NCBI GenBank assembly: GCA_011109175.1
Contig: RDEW01000035.1
Location: 288,069 to 352,068, forward strand
Origin: Dicyema japonicum
Taxonomy: Eukaryota; Animalia; Dicyemida
Direction: 5' to 3'
Length of the DNA stretch: 64,000 bases
The position numbers and the translations under genes are program-made. Within the stretch, counting starts at the first letter, position 1, and every line of letters starts with the position of its first letter. This document shows, piece by piece, positions 39,106-51,495 of this stretch. A model generated the notes under the pieces. It worked only from the letters and a program-made list of their open reading frames with translations. It ran no database searches and was not told the DNA's origin.

Positions 39106-39389
39106 CTTTGGAATAAATTTAATTTAATAAAAAACATTTTTGAAGAAAAACACTATTTTGAAAATGTTTTTGTTAGAGATTTAAGTAATNCGCCCAAGGT
39201 CTTTGGAATAAATTTAATTTAATAAAAAACATTTTTGAAAAAAAACACTATTTTTAAAATGTTTTTTTTAGAGATTTAAGTAATCATTTGCGATAATTTA
39301 TAGAGCTACATAAACAACTCAAAGAGCAATGGTGGCCGACCCCTGTCCTATAGGACTCAAGAATTTTGGCGTCTGAACCTCGCCTAAAG

Positions 39390-39790
39390 ACTTCGTTCAA
39401 GATCTGCCTGCAGGAGAGAGTGTCAATCTGGTCTCCGCATCAGCATGGGTCAGCACACAGACTTTTAATCCGAGTCGTAATGAGATCCCAATACTACATT
39501 CATCACTCAGAAAGGTACTCGAAATACCATTAGGAATTTTGTTAGGCCAGGCGAAGCTCTCGGAAGAGGCCCCTGACGACAAACAAGCATGTCGATGTTT
39601 GTTAGATGATACTAGCAGATCTACAATGACTTCCTGGACACGACATTGTCCAAACCTCGTCAACAGATCATGGAAGGTTGGGTGACTGATAGATATGGCT
39701 ATAGGCATCATGACTGCCGTCCTGGTCAGTAGAGAATTCAGGGTGGGAATGTAGAATCTTCTTGACAAAGGTGTTAATGGACTTGGGGAT
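39390..39790 (-). mobile_element. CRE-like fragment (post-RT region)
   Basis: FLSDECSIGISLRLGLKVC matches AVRIATSLRLGLKLC in the element at 56551-58020. Confidence 0.75.
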
Positions 39791-40733
39791 ACATTAAATA
39801 TATGATTTTGATGGAACGAGGAAATGTCGGATAAAATATTCTCCGGGTTTTAATCTCGTCAAGCAGAAAATTTGGAAAACTTGGACAAATCTACCTTTGT
39901 GAGTATCAATGGAATTAAAGTCAGATTATTAATTCCCGTGCGTTTATTAATAATATTGTCCCATGTGACGCCTTATCACAAATGTTCATATAAATTTATT
40001 TCAGAACAGAAATTACGGTTGAGTATGCTGAAACAATTAAACCAAATGATCCATATTTATTTGAATTGAATAAAGTGAGAAGCGACGTCGATAATGTAGG
40101 CGGGGTCCACCTTGGATGGATTGTTGTGTTAACTAAGTATAAATTAATTTAAGAAATTTAAATAATAAATTAATTGTAATAATTGAATAAAGTTAGAATT
40201 CAATACTTCATTTGCTTACTATCATGGATTTGGAAAATAATTGATAAAATCATAGATTTTATTAGAAAGCAACGTGACAATAAAAAAATCAATTTTTATA
40301 GGAGAGTTGATTATGTTTACTGATCCTATTTTGCTTATTCGACTTGGAACTAAGCATGTCATCTCTTTGTTTCTGAGTTTCGATGTTACAAAAATCTGAT
40401 CAAATCCGTAACGTATAATCTTGACATTTGTGATTTGAGTAATCAGTATTCTAAACGTACCTTAAATAAGATCTTAAAGGATACCATTTACTTTGAGTGA
40501 CTCTTATTGATTCCATTCATTATTAATCGCACAAAACAAGAAGGGGCTTTGTTCTATCTGCTTGTTAACCACATTTTGTTCAAAAAATGAAAAAAAATTG
40601 TCAATATTTAAAAATACGTCGTCGTCAATTTTAAAATAATAGACTCATAAAATGCCCACGTGAGTGCATTCATTTTTGTCAAATTTCTATAATTTTTATA
40701 AAATTCATTAAAAATAATATAATTGTCAATTTT

Positions 40734-41040
40734 TTGTTCGTTAGTCATGCCACTATTATTTCTTTAACAACATACAATATTGAAAGGCATTACCATCGTC
40801 ATGCGTCGATTTTTGAATTACTGTGTTCGGATTCGAAAAAAATTATTACAGCTGAAGACTCAAAACTTCCGACAATCTTCCCTATTTGGAACAAATTAGT
40901 CGGAAATCGACATTGTCGCATATAAAATTTGTTACCTTCCTGCAAAGAACATGAGTACTATTTCGACTATCGCCAAAAAATTACCACTCAGCAATGATAC
41001 TGTGACTAGGACGGTGGAACTAATAATAGAAAATATGTCT
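40734..41040 (+). mobile_element. hAT transposase fragment
   Basis: YNIERHY; KLPLSNDTVTR. Confidence 0.55.
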
Positions 41041-41099
41041 TCACAATATCAGAGTACCTGTGTTTATAAATTTGTTGAATATATATAGTTTCAAAGTTA

Positions 41100-41330
41100 T
41101 CCTTCGGTCTTGACAGATGTGATGGCAAGAGACCGGATGGTGTAACTACCATGGAGCCAAAAGTGTCTTGCCTGGGATTCAACGTCCATGAACACTTTCT
41201 CTAATGGGAATTTGTTCAAATTATCATTATTCGAGGGATCCACAGCGACGATGAGAAGGAGGCTGAGTTACCCCTACCAACATAAATGCGGTTGGACACA
41301 TCAGGAGGTTTGGGGAAACAAATATTGAAA
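41100..41330 (+). mobile_element. CRE-like RLE fragment
   Basis: GLDRCDGKRPDGVT...LAWDST..NTFS...AVGHIR/TSGGLG. Confidence 0.7.
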
Positions 41331-41619
41331 TGAGAATTATCGATGAAGGGGGTGCTGTTGAAGGATGCTGTTCGCCTGAACGGTCAAATTGAGAAAAGGA
41401 GAACCCAACCCATGACTGTCCAAACTATTTACTACAAGGAGTCCGAAAGTGTGAGTGGAGCAGGCAGGCTCAAAGAGGAGACGAACTGACGCAGAGCGCA
41501 TCAATTCATTTTAGCTAATAGACTATTATTGTTTCATTCTCTGGTAGGCTTAAGTCTGTTTTTTTCGATTTAATGAATAAAGGAGATCAGAAAATGATTG
41601 GTGTCCATTTATCTTGCAC

Positions 41620-41870
41620 CATTGTGTTATTTTTCTGACGATAGCTATCGAGATACGCTCTCGTAGCATCCAGTCTCACGTGGATCATTGGTGACCCTTT
41701 GGATTATTGAGTTGATCCTACGAACTGGCTTGTCAGTGTGTGGGCCAGGGATTCTGACATCTCAACAGCAAATGGACAGACAAGTGGTTTTTCGCAATGC
41801 TTCGGTACTTCCTTCTCTTCTGCTCCTCGATTGCTTAGAAGCATGACCTAGGTCCGAGACTGAAGCGGTA
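41620..41870 (-). mobile_element. CRE-like 3' fragment
   Basis: DLGHASKQ..EKRKY...PFAVEMSESLA...RISIAIVR. Confidence 0.75.
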
Positions 41871-41949
41871 ATTATCTTTTAATATCTGCTCTTATCGATA
41901 ATCAAAAAAATACATTGTCCATTATTATTATTGAGAAACTTTGATTGGG

Positions 41950-42330
41950 CAACAATTTCATTTATTTTTTTCATAGAAATCTGTTGTTTCAGATGGCAAT
42001 TGATAAGTTTCCTCATCAGAGTAGGCGTAGCAAAGCCTGGTGTCTCATCTTGTAGAGAGGAATATTTGACTCAACAAATTTTTATGGCCAAGATATAAGA
42101 ATACTGGAAGTATTAGACAAAATTGTCTGCACATTTATAACCAACCTCATGTCATCTAAAAATTGATGTGAAATACATTTTCCTTTTAGTTGCTTCAAGT
42201 TTTTATCAGTAAATTTGTTTAAAAGTTAATTACAATCGAAAAATTTAACAAAAAATTCTAAATTGACCACAAATTCTGAATATTTTTGCATAAAAATGAG
42301 CTTTCTGTGGTAGTGAAAATCAACAACGAG
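41950..42330 (-). mobile_element. hAT19/CGGBP-like fragment
   Basis: KFVESNIPLYKM...LPSETT. Confidence 0.45.
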
Positions 42331-42394
42331 AATAATAAACATGTGTTTAGGAAAATTTTTATTTAATAAAAAAACAAATAAAATTAGTGATCTT

Positions 42395-42525
42395 CCGTTC
42401 GTTCCCTGACGACTCAAGAATTCCAGCGTCGAAGGCGAAAGGGAACTAGACGTCTCAACCGTGAGTGGAACGAACCCAAATCCTGGGTAGGACCGCGTAT
42501 TTTGCCCGTTCGATTATATCAGAAA
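42395..42525 (-). mobile_element. CRE-like fragment
   Basis: AKYAVLP..FVPLTVETSSSL; homologous to 31215-31310. Confidence 0.7.
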
Positions 42526-42549
42526 TCTCATTTAGGTCAAATTTCGTGG

Positions 42550-43650
42550 TACTGATTGAGTTTTCTGATGCATTGTTTCGATTAACACAGACCTCACTAG
42601 GGGGCTTCTCATTTGGCAATTTGCTAATTTCTGAAACATTCCTTTGAGTGAGAAAATGGGTTTTGAAGCATTAAGCTATAAGGCCATACCATTCCCGGCG
42701 GATCTTCACAAATCCTCGTTTAGCAGAATCCATAACACCTGAGATCAATTCAAAGTCTGTGATAGATGAGGTTAGGTCATGTATTTTACTGTAAAGAGAA
42801 TTCGAGATACTTTGATCCACGAAATGTGTCATTCAGCCGTTTGGATTATAAGTAAGACACGTGCTGGCCACGGTCCGCTTTGCAAATACTGGTAGATGTT
42901 CGTTTTTACTTTTAGGGCTAGCAAGGTCCGGAAGACCTCTCCAAGTCTTCAAGTGGTTGAGAGATGCCACTCGTACTCAGTTAAGAACAATTTTCTATAT
43001 AAGTGTGATTCTTGTCAGTGAGGTTGTTCTCAATTATGGCAGAATCGCCAGGCACTCCTGGTAGAAAGTAACTCAGTGTGAATGTGGCGGGCTTTTGATG
43101 AGAGATAATAATAAGGGAGAGTTGGTGGTTTCCAGTCCAGCGACTCCATTTGCAAAATTCTTATTTTTATGATTATCAAAGCTATTCACTATAAGAATTT
43201 AGTTTTTCGTAATTTGGAGAGAAAGGGATCTTCCACCATCTTCCAATCTCTTCCACCGAAAAATGAAGTGATGTCCGCGACGGTAAAATGGAAGAAGGCG
43301 AACCTATTTCTCCACCTCTCTTCGGAAGCGGAAGCCTAGACTATTTGAAGATCGATTTGGTCGGCACAATCAGACCTTCTTCCTTGGATTAATTAGTTGA
43401 GACTGTTTGTGCTGGGGTTACCAAAGATTGTAAGCCTGGGGTTAATATTTAGAAGGTATTCAAGACGGTTGGCTGCTATTTTTTCGAGATTTACTTCTGA
43501 AATGAGAAAATAACATTTGATCACCACCCAGTCTTCGGGAATTACTATATTATTAAGGCAACCTAAAGTCAACAATGTCAACTTTTATTTTTGGTAGAAC
43601 GATAGTGAAGAGCACCGTACATGAGGAACCCTGAGTATTCATATCTTTAC
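42550..43650 (-). mobile_element. Very decayed RLE-group (NeSL/HERO/R2-like) RT C-terminal region
   Basis: HLKTWRGLP (cf. YLKKWLGLP) and a KYLG-like EYSG; many stops. Confidence 0.3.
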
Positions 43651-43697
43651 GGGTAACGCGAGAGTGCATTAAACTAACTAACTTTTAGAAATTATTT

Positions 43698-43995
43698 GCC
43701 GCGTAGCGCCAACGTTAGTGTGGTGCTATGCGGCTACTTGAATTGAAGATTTCTTATTTCTTCTGTTCCTTCTCTTCCACTTTGTCCCCAGGGAGCATTA
43801 ATTGTTAACGACGTCATGTGGTTCACCATCTCTGGTGGCGCCAGATATTATCTTATTATCCAAAAAGGACCATTAGCCATCAACCATCAGAGGAGTTCTC
43901 ACTTCTGTCAAGTCCGAGCTTGCGAAGACTGCTGAGGGAGGCTGGGATCACCTGACTTTTTTCATTCAGGATATGACGGTTTTTTCTGGTTCAAT
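43698..43995 (+). mobile_element. Full-length core SINE: 14-bp hairpin head, Vingi-like tail
   Basis: gccgcgtagcgcca pairs with tggtgctatgcggc; core; tail gactgctgagggaggctgggatcacctga...ggatatgacggt...ggttcaat matches the 3' end of the LINE at 12750-12830. Confidence 0.85.
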
Positions 43996-44149
43996 TAAAT
44001 TAAGATAAATAAATTTGTAATTTGTTAAAAAATTATGTGTCACTTCTAAGAACGATGTTTGAAAACACAGACAAGCTCAGAAACATATTGCATAAAATTT
44101 ACCTGTGTAGTAATGTACCAAGACAAACTTTTTTGACAAAGATTCATTC

Positions 44150-44360
44150 CTTCTGAAGCCAAATGCCGTGTCATTGTAATGTTGGTGCATATTTAGATGC
44201 AGGACCCCACTTTCATGCATCAATTTATTTTAATTTTTCCCGGTGGAATGAAGAGATGGATTTTTGAATGCCGGCAGCCATTGGGGTCTCCTGAGTACGA
44301 CGCCACTAGAAGGAAGAAAGAGAAATCATGTAGCCAAATGGCACACGCAGTCATAGACTA
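44150..44360 (-). mobile_element. Decayed core SINE
   Basis: ctgcgtgtgccatttgg head, linker, ggcgtc...ctcaggagacccca...ggcattcaaaaa. Confidence 0.5.
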
Positions 44361-45264
44361 CTAAAGACACCAAACAAGAACTAGATAGCAATACAATCAA
44401 GTCAGGACAGAGAAATCAATTTGGCTAGATGTTCTTCCGTTGAGCCCACACAACGCAGTTCGCGGTGCAAAAAACACTCACTACCATTAGAGCGAATAAA
44501 GTTTTTTGTTTGGAAAAAGATAGAAGATTATTAACGACACATTTTAAAGCTTTCTTTTGCGATAAGTTTATTATTAAAACCTTAAAAACATCTCAAATAG
44601 AGTAACTTTTAAGAACGTGGGGGCCAGTGGCTTTTCAAGTTGATCTTCGTTGTCATCATGAGAGACTACTACGTCAATTATATTAATGAGGATCACAGTC
44701 TGATAAATCGTCACTGTTCACAGATTGAATTAAAAAATATTAAGAATATTTAAAAACCATTGGAATTTACAATTTGTATTAATTGAGAAATAAAATATCT
44801 ATAAAATTAATTAATTAAATTAGCGTGCTGAAATGCGTCTGGTGCAAATTTCAAGAGAAATCTTGGAAAAAAAAAAAAAAAAGTAATGGAAATGAAGGCG
44901 GACTTAAACATCTTAAGACGGGAAACAGATTGTTTAACGAAACTAGCTATAAATTTTATTTTTGACGAAGAAGGAACTTACTATAGGAGAAAGGCTATAG
45001 TTGCGATTCTTTTGTGTTGAAGATATTGAGTTGGAAACTCAAATCCATTGAATTAATTAACGTCTCTTGTCAACAAAACCACTGATTACTCCTATAATCA
45101 CGATGCGTTTTAGAGATCGCTATGTTGCCGAAGTGCTATCCACTATATGATGGTTTGGATACTGGAATTTGCTCTCTACTCGTTGGGGGACATATTTCTA
45201 TAAATACGACGATAATATTAATTTATCGCTCAGTCAGCCTAAAATTATAATTTATTTATTTTTA

Positions 45265-45365
45265 TTTTATTGAACCAAAAAATCACCATCATACCAAAAT
45301 AACAAAATTCAGGTGATCCAAGCGTCTCTCAACAGTTTCCGCATCTTTTCTCGGTGTACCGAATG
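45265..45365 (-). mobile_element. Short Vingi-like 3' tail
   Basis: Homologous to 12750-12850. Confidence 0.75.
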
Positions 45366-47463
45366 GGTTAAGAATTTTGGTCTTTTACTTCCCAATAAAA
45401 AAAGTTTAATTTTTATTATTCCATTACCACAAAGAGAAATAGTGATCCTCACTTTTGATTGATTTATGCTTTTTCTATACCACTTCATTGGATTGTGGTA
45501 CTGGATATACTTTTATAATTAACTCCTACCTGTCCGGGGGTTATTATACAAATAGCTACAATTTTGTGAGAACATCCGGTTGACTTTAACAACTGCGACA
45601 AATTTAAGGAAAGATCAAAGAATTTGCTGAATTGTGAGATATCCAATCACTACATTCTGGGATTTAGTCAATTTATAAGCGGGGGATGGCTTAAATGTTA
45701 ATGCTAGGAATTCTATTTTTATTTTCAAATAATTTTAATCATAAACAAAGTTTGTGATAATCATTCTAAACATGGAAGACCAGTAAAAAGCAAGAACGAA
45801 ATATCTACAGCATTTTGTCCATTAAATACCCACATTTCCAACTGCCGTCCTAAAAATAAATATTATTCCGACGGATCTTATGTTCAGGGTAACCTATTCC
45901 AGGTAAGAGGCAGTGAGAGAGGAATAGCCAATGTGGAGTATTTATAATTGATAGGCCATCGCCACGTGTTTACCTATATCTGATTACGTGGTAACGGTAA
46001 TTTCCAACAGTGGTATAGTCACGTGTCCTAGTGAGACTGTGCTCACAGATTGTAGGATTCACAACTGGTTGATTCTCTCAGTGTAAGCGAAGGATGAGTC
46101 CATACGATAAATACATGGTTTCAATCAAAGGCAATAAACGCAAATTGACATCAAAGAGAAAGTCTTGTGTTGTCACATTCGAGGTCACTTGTCGCAGTGC
46201 GCCTGTTATCTCAACTTACAGAAAATGCCATATATAGGAGATTATCGAAATCGAAAAGACCCGTAGTGAGGATTACCTTCCACTGAACCATGTTATGAAG
46301 GCTTGCAAACTTCTGCACCTTGCGAATCGAGTCTCATCATACGTTTCTGGAAACTCGTGTATTGGAAAATATACACGTCGTCATGGATTGAAATACATTT
46401 TCAGTAAAATTATAAATTGAAGCAGTTCTATGCTGAATGTACAATCAATAATCAGGTCGTGGGGAGACTGCTCAATCAGGCGGAATCAACCGTCTTTTAA
46501 ACCTAGCATAAACTAAAGTTTCCAAAGCTTAAAAAGAAGTTGGTATAATGGATAAGGGTATTTTATAGAGCTACCTACTAGAGCTACCACTACATGCGAC
46601 AACTCCCACGGCTACTAGTAAAATTACCACAGCATCTAAGACTCCTACAACTTCCAAGACGACTACTAGAACAACCAGATATCTCCTATAAGTGAATAGA
46701 GGATAGACTGCGATTAATTATTATTTATTAATGGCAATGCCGTGGAACCAGAAAAGTAACTAATTTGAGATTCCACTTTTGCCATGCATCTGGACACGCG
46801 CTGTAAGTCGTTTTTGTCCTCCCCTGTTTCTCGCAATCACCCTCAGATCATCCTAACTTGTTGGTGGTGACGTGCCTCTCTTGCACAAGATGTCTTCTTG
46901 ATGCACTCAATCTTTCCTGTTCTCTATTGGATCATTCATAAAAGTATGAAGACTTGGGCAATTCAGAGAAGCCGATATATCTACTGTCATTCAAAAACGT
47001 GGATATTGTATTTGACAGTTCAACAACTCGGAGTCTTCGAATGCCCGAAATGGATGAGGCAATGTTTTATGTGGTAGACTAATTCTGGCAAAATAGAAAC
47101 TTTATCGTCAGTACATAATTTCTCTAATAGCATCTGTAGAATCCTAGAGAGTCTTGGACTCCCTTTAACATGATGTCAAGATCTAAAGAGGGTGTCTACT
47201 TTAGAAGCAGAACCATCTCTAGCCATCTTATATGTACGCCACTCATGTACTCTTTCAGGATACCTTTTGCAGTCAGGAATATTCTTTATAGTTTTACTAA
47301 GCTTAGTTCCTCATCTCCAAGTTTCTGTATAACATCACGGATAACCCGAATTTCTCGATATTCGAGGGTACTGACTAGAAATAACATAAGGGTTCGTTGA
47401 TCGGGCTATTGAATCCCCAAGATGCATATGCTGGTATTTTCAGAGATAAAATATTATTCATTT

Positions 47464-47940
47464 TCAAAAAATACTTTTGACCACGTGCTTTATTGTTGTT
47501 TGTGGAACATAGCTCTTAAGACCATTGATAATTGAATAATGAGTAGTGGTTTTTCTCTCTGGAGAAAAAGAAGATCGTTTTGCGTCTGGAAAAACCGCGG
47601 AAATCGACCGTAAAGTTTGTGCTCGTTTGCAAACCGAAACCAAACTGCTAATGGACATCACCCGCCTTCAACGGAGTTATTCACAGCTCTACATTGTCAG
47701 CGAAATGTAACATCTCCAACCTTGAATTGTCTATCATTAATTTCCAATTAATTCAACCTTCACCCCTCAGTGTTCAATATTTTAAGCTAACCTCTGACTA
47801 AAGACAATTTTTTAACCTCTGCGACATCAATTCAGGAATCCCTGACAGATGAAGCCAGGATCTAATCTCGCTGCCATTCCGGTTGAAGGTTCCCCCACCG
47901 TGGGGCGCTAGAGGACAGCAACATACTGGAGTGTAAGCCT
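47464..47940 (-). mobile_element. Possible Ingi-like LINE 5' end (structured UTR, 2A-like remnant, APE start)
   Basis: LKAGDVH*QFG, SVCKR...RSISA, IINGLK. Confidence 0.4.
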
Positions 47941-48282
47941 CAATTTCAGAATGTTGGTATTTTGTAGTCCTTCAGTTTTGAATATTTTCGCATAACAACT
48001 ATATCACTCATCCCCACAAGCACGGTTTAAAAAATTCAAAATTTTATTTAAAAAAATTTAAAATAATATTTACAAATTCGGCATTGTTCATTTTTTTATT
48101 TTTAGATCTAATATTTAAAAAAAATTCATTAATTATTTTTTAGATCTAATATTCAAAAAATGACCCCGCCGGACTCGTCCTCACCTTTGTTGGTCTGGGA
48201 TCACTTAGTTAGATGAGAACTTTTATTTCTTTCTCTTTGACCCAGTGATCCTGGGGGTAATAATAATAATATTATTTTAGAG

Positions 48283-48525
48283 CCTTATTTCGTGAAGCAT
48301 GTATTGAAAAAGAACCGTGATTTGACGTTCAGCATCATAAGCGATCATCAAGGCTTCGTGATTATTAAGTGATTTGGATTGAATCCCCTAATTTTCAGTA
48401 ATCAAACTGACATCAATCTTTTTTAGTGAGACAGCTCCACCTCTTCTGATATGGTAGTCCATGAATCGTTTATCATGCTCCAACTCCTCCGCGGATTTCT
48501 TCTCAAAGTACTTTGCGGCCCCCGG
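48283..48525 (-). pseudogene. Ferritin fragment with a premature stop
   Basis: PGAAKYFEKKSAEELEHDKRFMDYHIRRGGAVSLKKID...*...EALMIAYDAERQI...LH matches ferritin helices B-C (EEREH...RGG). Confidence 0.85.
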
Positions 48526-49142
48526 TCATATTTCCCCCAACAATCGGATTACTCATTGATAATGGTCGATTATTTCCAAAAAGCGAACAAATTCTAATTT
48601 ATATACTAAATTTACAGTATTTAATTCACGTTGAGTAGAAAAGATCGAATATTCATGAAGACATTCCTCCAATCCGTCAATGTCGGGGTCACATAATTAA
48701 TTTGTACTAGCACTGACTTTCCTAGCGTTCCTGTTGTTAATAAATGAATTCCAGTGTCTGATTCATGAGAGTAATGTGAGGGTCATTGCCAAGACTCTAA
48801 TGAGGGAGAACATTATAAAGGGAAGGTATCATTGGTGTGTACTGTAGGGGATTGGTTGCTGACTCGTCATTACATTTCAAGTAGGAATGACTCCTCTCAC
48901 ACACGTGTATGACTCACTGTTGGCTATCGAATCTACTCTAAGGAACACTCAACGAGAGAGACATCAACAACAGAACCGGCTACATAATAGAAATCAGTTC
49001 AAGGACTAAGGAGACACTGGACCTAATAGATGAAAAAGATCAAATCACCCACTTGTTCACTCACTGACAACCTCATTTATTTTTTTATTTTTTTAAATTA
49101 TTTTTTATTTTTTTAATATTTAAAAAGTTGTATTTATTTTAA

Positions 49143-49722
49143 TTTATTGAATCAGAAAACCACCGTCATATCCAAAATAACGTCATATTATCCACCTGTC
49201 TAGGTGGCACCCAGTGCCAGGCCGGCATGAAGAAAGATCATTTGCTCTTCCTTACTTCATTGGAGGGGTTTCCACAACTGCAAATTCCGAATGGATTCTG
49301 TTTCTATAGAAGTGGAAACTGGATACACTTAATTAGTTGTTTACTTTAACTTCTTTCTCAGTGTATCCGGGGTTAATAAATTAATTAATTTAAAATAACA
49401 AAATTCAGGTAATCCCAGCCTCCCTCAACAGTCTCGAATCTTTTCTCTGTGTTCCGACTGCGTTCTTGCGTATTTCCGATATGGACAGGGTCCGCATATC
49501 GAGTCCTTCGCAGGGGCACTGTTCCATTCGTCTCTATCACATTTTATAGGTTTTTAGGCAGGATTTCTACTCGGGAATATTTCCTTAGTAGGTTTGCTAC
49601 CTTCACTTGAATGTTGCATTTTTTGTCCAAATTTGTTGCAGAAAGGTCAGATCCCCAGATATTACATGCGTATCCTATTGTAGCCTCGATGAACTGTTTG
49701 TCAATGACATCCGGACCACTCA
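49143..49722 (-). mobile_element. Vingi-like LINE 3' part interrupted by a SINE
   Basis: Highly similar to 12750-13112. Confidence 0.9.
49182..49391 (+). mobile_element. 5'-truncated core SINE with 8-bp TSD aaaataac
   Basis: TSD at 49174-49181 and 49392-49399; removing the insert restores the LINE 3' UTR; same tail as 28611-28925. Confidence 0.85.
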
Positions 49723-49729
49723 GATCTAA

Positions 49730-50135
49730 AAGGATTTCGATCTGTCTGAGGGCACGTAGTCTTTTATTTTCACTCAGTCTTCGGATGCTTCTCGTAGAAA
49801 CATAATTGTGTATCTGCTTTAGACGACTCCGGTCATTGGGTCTGGAAAAATTGATGATAGCATTCGAGACAAGTCACTGGTTGTTATAATAATTTTCTTT
49901 TGTTTAGAGATTTGCATAGAGAGTGATAGGGATGAACTGGGCTGTAGGCTTGGGAGTAGAACTGCAGAGCTCTCACTTCAGAATAGTCTCCAATGGGAAG
50001 GATTCCGATTCTCAATGAAGATCATCAATAAGGGTTGATTCAGACATCCAGTAATTGTTCTGAGCACCATATTTTGGATTTTTTGTAGTTCGTCGATAGA
50101 AGCGAGGAAGAGGTTGACCAACAAGGACTTGCATA
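49730..50135 (-). mobile_element. Ingi/I-like RT C-terminal fragment
   Basis: LQKIQNMVLRTITGC...LH*ESGILP...HP. Confidence 0.75.
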
Positions 50136-50282
50136 GTTAATATTTTAATTTTTACCCATAAATATAAAGTATTTTTACTTTTAATTATTTTTTTACAAAA
50201 TTAAAAATATTAGGATATCGAAAATAATTTTAAATTTTTAAAATTTTGATATTTGGTTAAGAAAAAAACAATTTTTATATTT

Positions 50283-51160
50283 TAGTGATATTTAATAATC
50301 AAAAAGTGTTGGCACGGTGCGTCATTAATATTTTGTTGCATGAGCTTTTGCAACAATTACTGTTTCTAATCTTTTTTTGTATTTTTCTATTAATTCAAAG
50401 CATTCTTATTTGGAAATTTTATTCCATTCCACACGCCAGAATACTTTTAACTCCATTATATTTTTTGGTCTTCTGTTTCCTATCTTCATTTTCAACGTTT
50501 TTCATAAATTTTTAATTGGGTTTAAGTCGGGAGATTGGCTAAGTCATTTCAAAACATTTATTCCATTATTATTTAACCATTCAGTCGTAATTTTAGCTTA
50601 ATTTTTCGGATCGTTATCATGTTGAAACGTCTAATTGCTTCTTAACTTTAATTTGTTGGTGAATAAAATTAAACAATTTTTCAAAATTTCGACGTACTTT
50701 TTGGCATTCAATATTTTATCTATGAAAAATAGTTCACCCTCTCCTTGATATGAAAAACACGCCCATAACATTATGCTGCCTCCTCCGTGCTTAATTGGAG
50801 GTATGGTACATTTTTGTCATATTCTTGATTTTTCTCCTCCAAATGTTTTTGTTATAATTGAGACCAAAAAGTTCAATTTGGTTTCATCTGACCATAATAT
50901 ATTCATTATATATTCTAAATCTTTATTTAAAATATTTTGAGCGAATTTTAGTCGTTCCGATATATGGACTCTTTTTAGTAGAGGAATAGACGTGCCCTCC
51001 TTTTATGAATTCCTTGTTTGCGCAATGTATTAGTTATCTTAGATAAACCAACATTAATTCCCACTGTCTCTAAATCTCTCAACTTGCTTCTAATAATTAC
51101 TGAATTGATTGAAAATTTGATTGTAACTATTTTTTCTCGGTGGTACTTGACGATCATCTG
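50283..51160 (-). mobile_element. Tc1 transposase pseudogene
   Basis: IIWSDETK, KHGGGSIMLWACFS, FQHDNDPK, SQSPDLNPI. Confidence 0.95.
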
Positions 51161-51289
51161 TTTTATCTCAAAAGGATAATAATAATAAAAGCCTTTTCAC
51201 GGAGCAGTGGTATTAGCTCAGCATAGGCAGGACACACACTTTATTTAAGTAAAGAACAGTTAATTTTAACTAATCGTAGAACCAAGGAA

Positions 51290-51495
51290 TGATTTTCACT
51301 TCTATTTTCTTTTTCTTGTGTTGGGTCCTTTTTTAACAATCCAGTTCCGCAGTGAGAGTCCACTAATGACGGCGTCACTCATCAAGCCTTTTTAGCATCG
51401 TAAATGCGTGGAACCTTCCACCAGGTGAACAGCAGCGAGAATCGAACCCGTAAACTAAGTCACTTTAGTCCGACACCTAACCACTATGTCACCCT
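51290..51495 (-). mobile_element. tRNA-headed SINE (family 2)
   Basis: gggtgacatagtggttagg (A-box) ... gggttcgattctc (B-box); no complete cloverleaf. Confidence 0.6.

Noticed and set aside
42400-42520. Hairpin-rich repeat shared with 31215-31310 as a candidate ncRNA
   Set aside because: It is the antisense of the RLE motif FVPxxVETSG.
51430-51495. Functional tRNA genes (also 5470, 6550, 62745)
   Set aside because: A and B boxes only, with no complete cloverleaf. They are followed by SINE bodies or are truncated.
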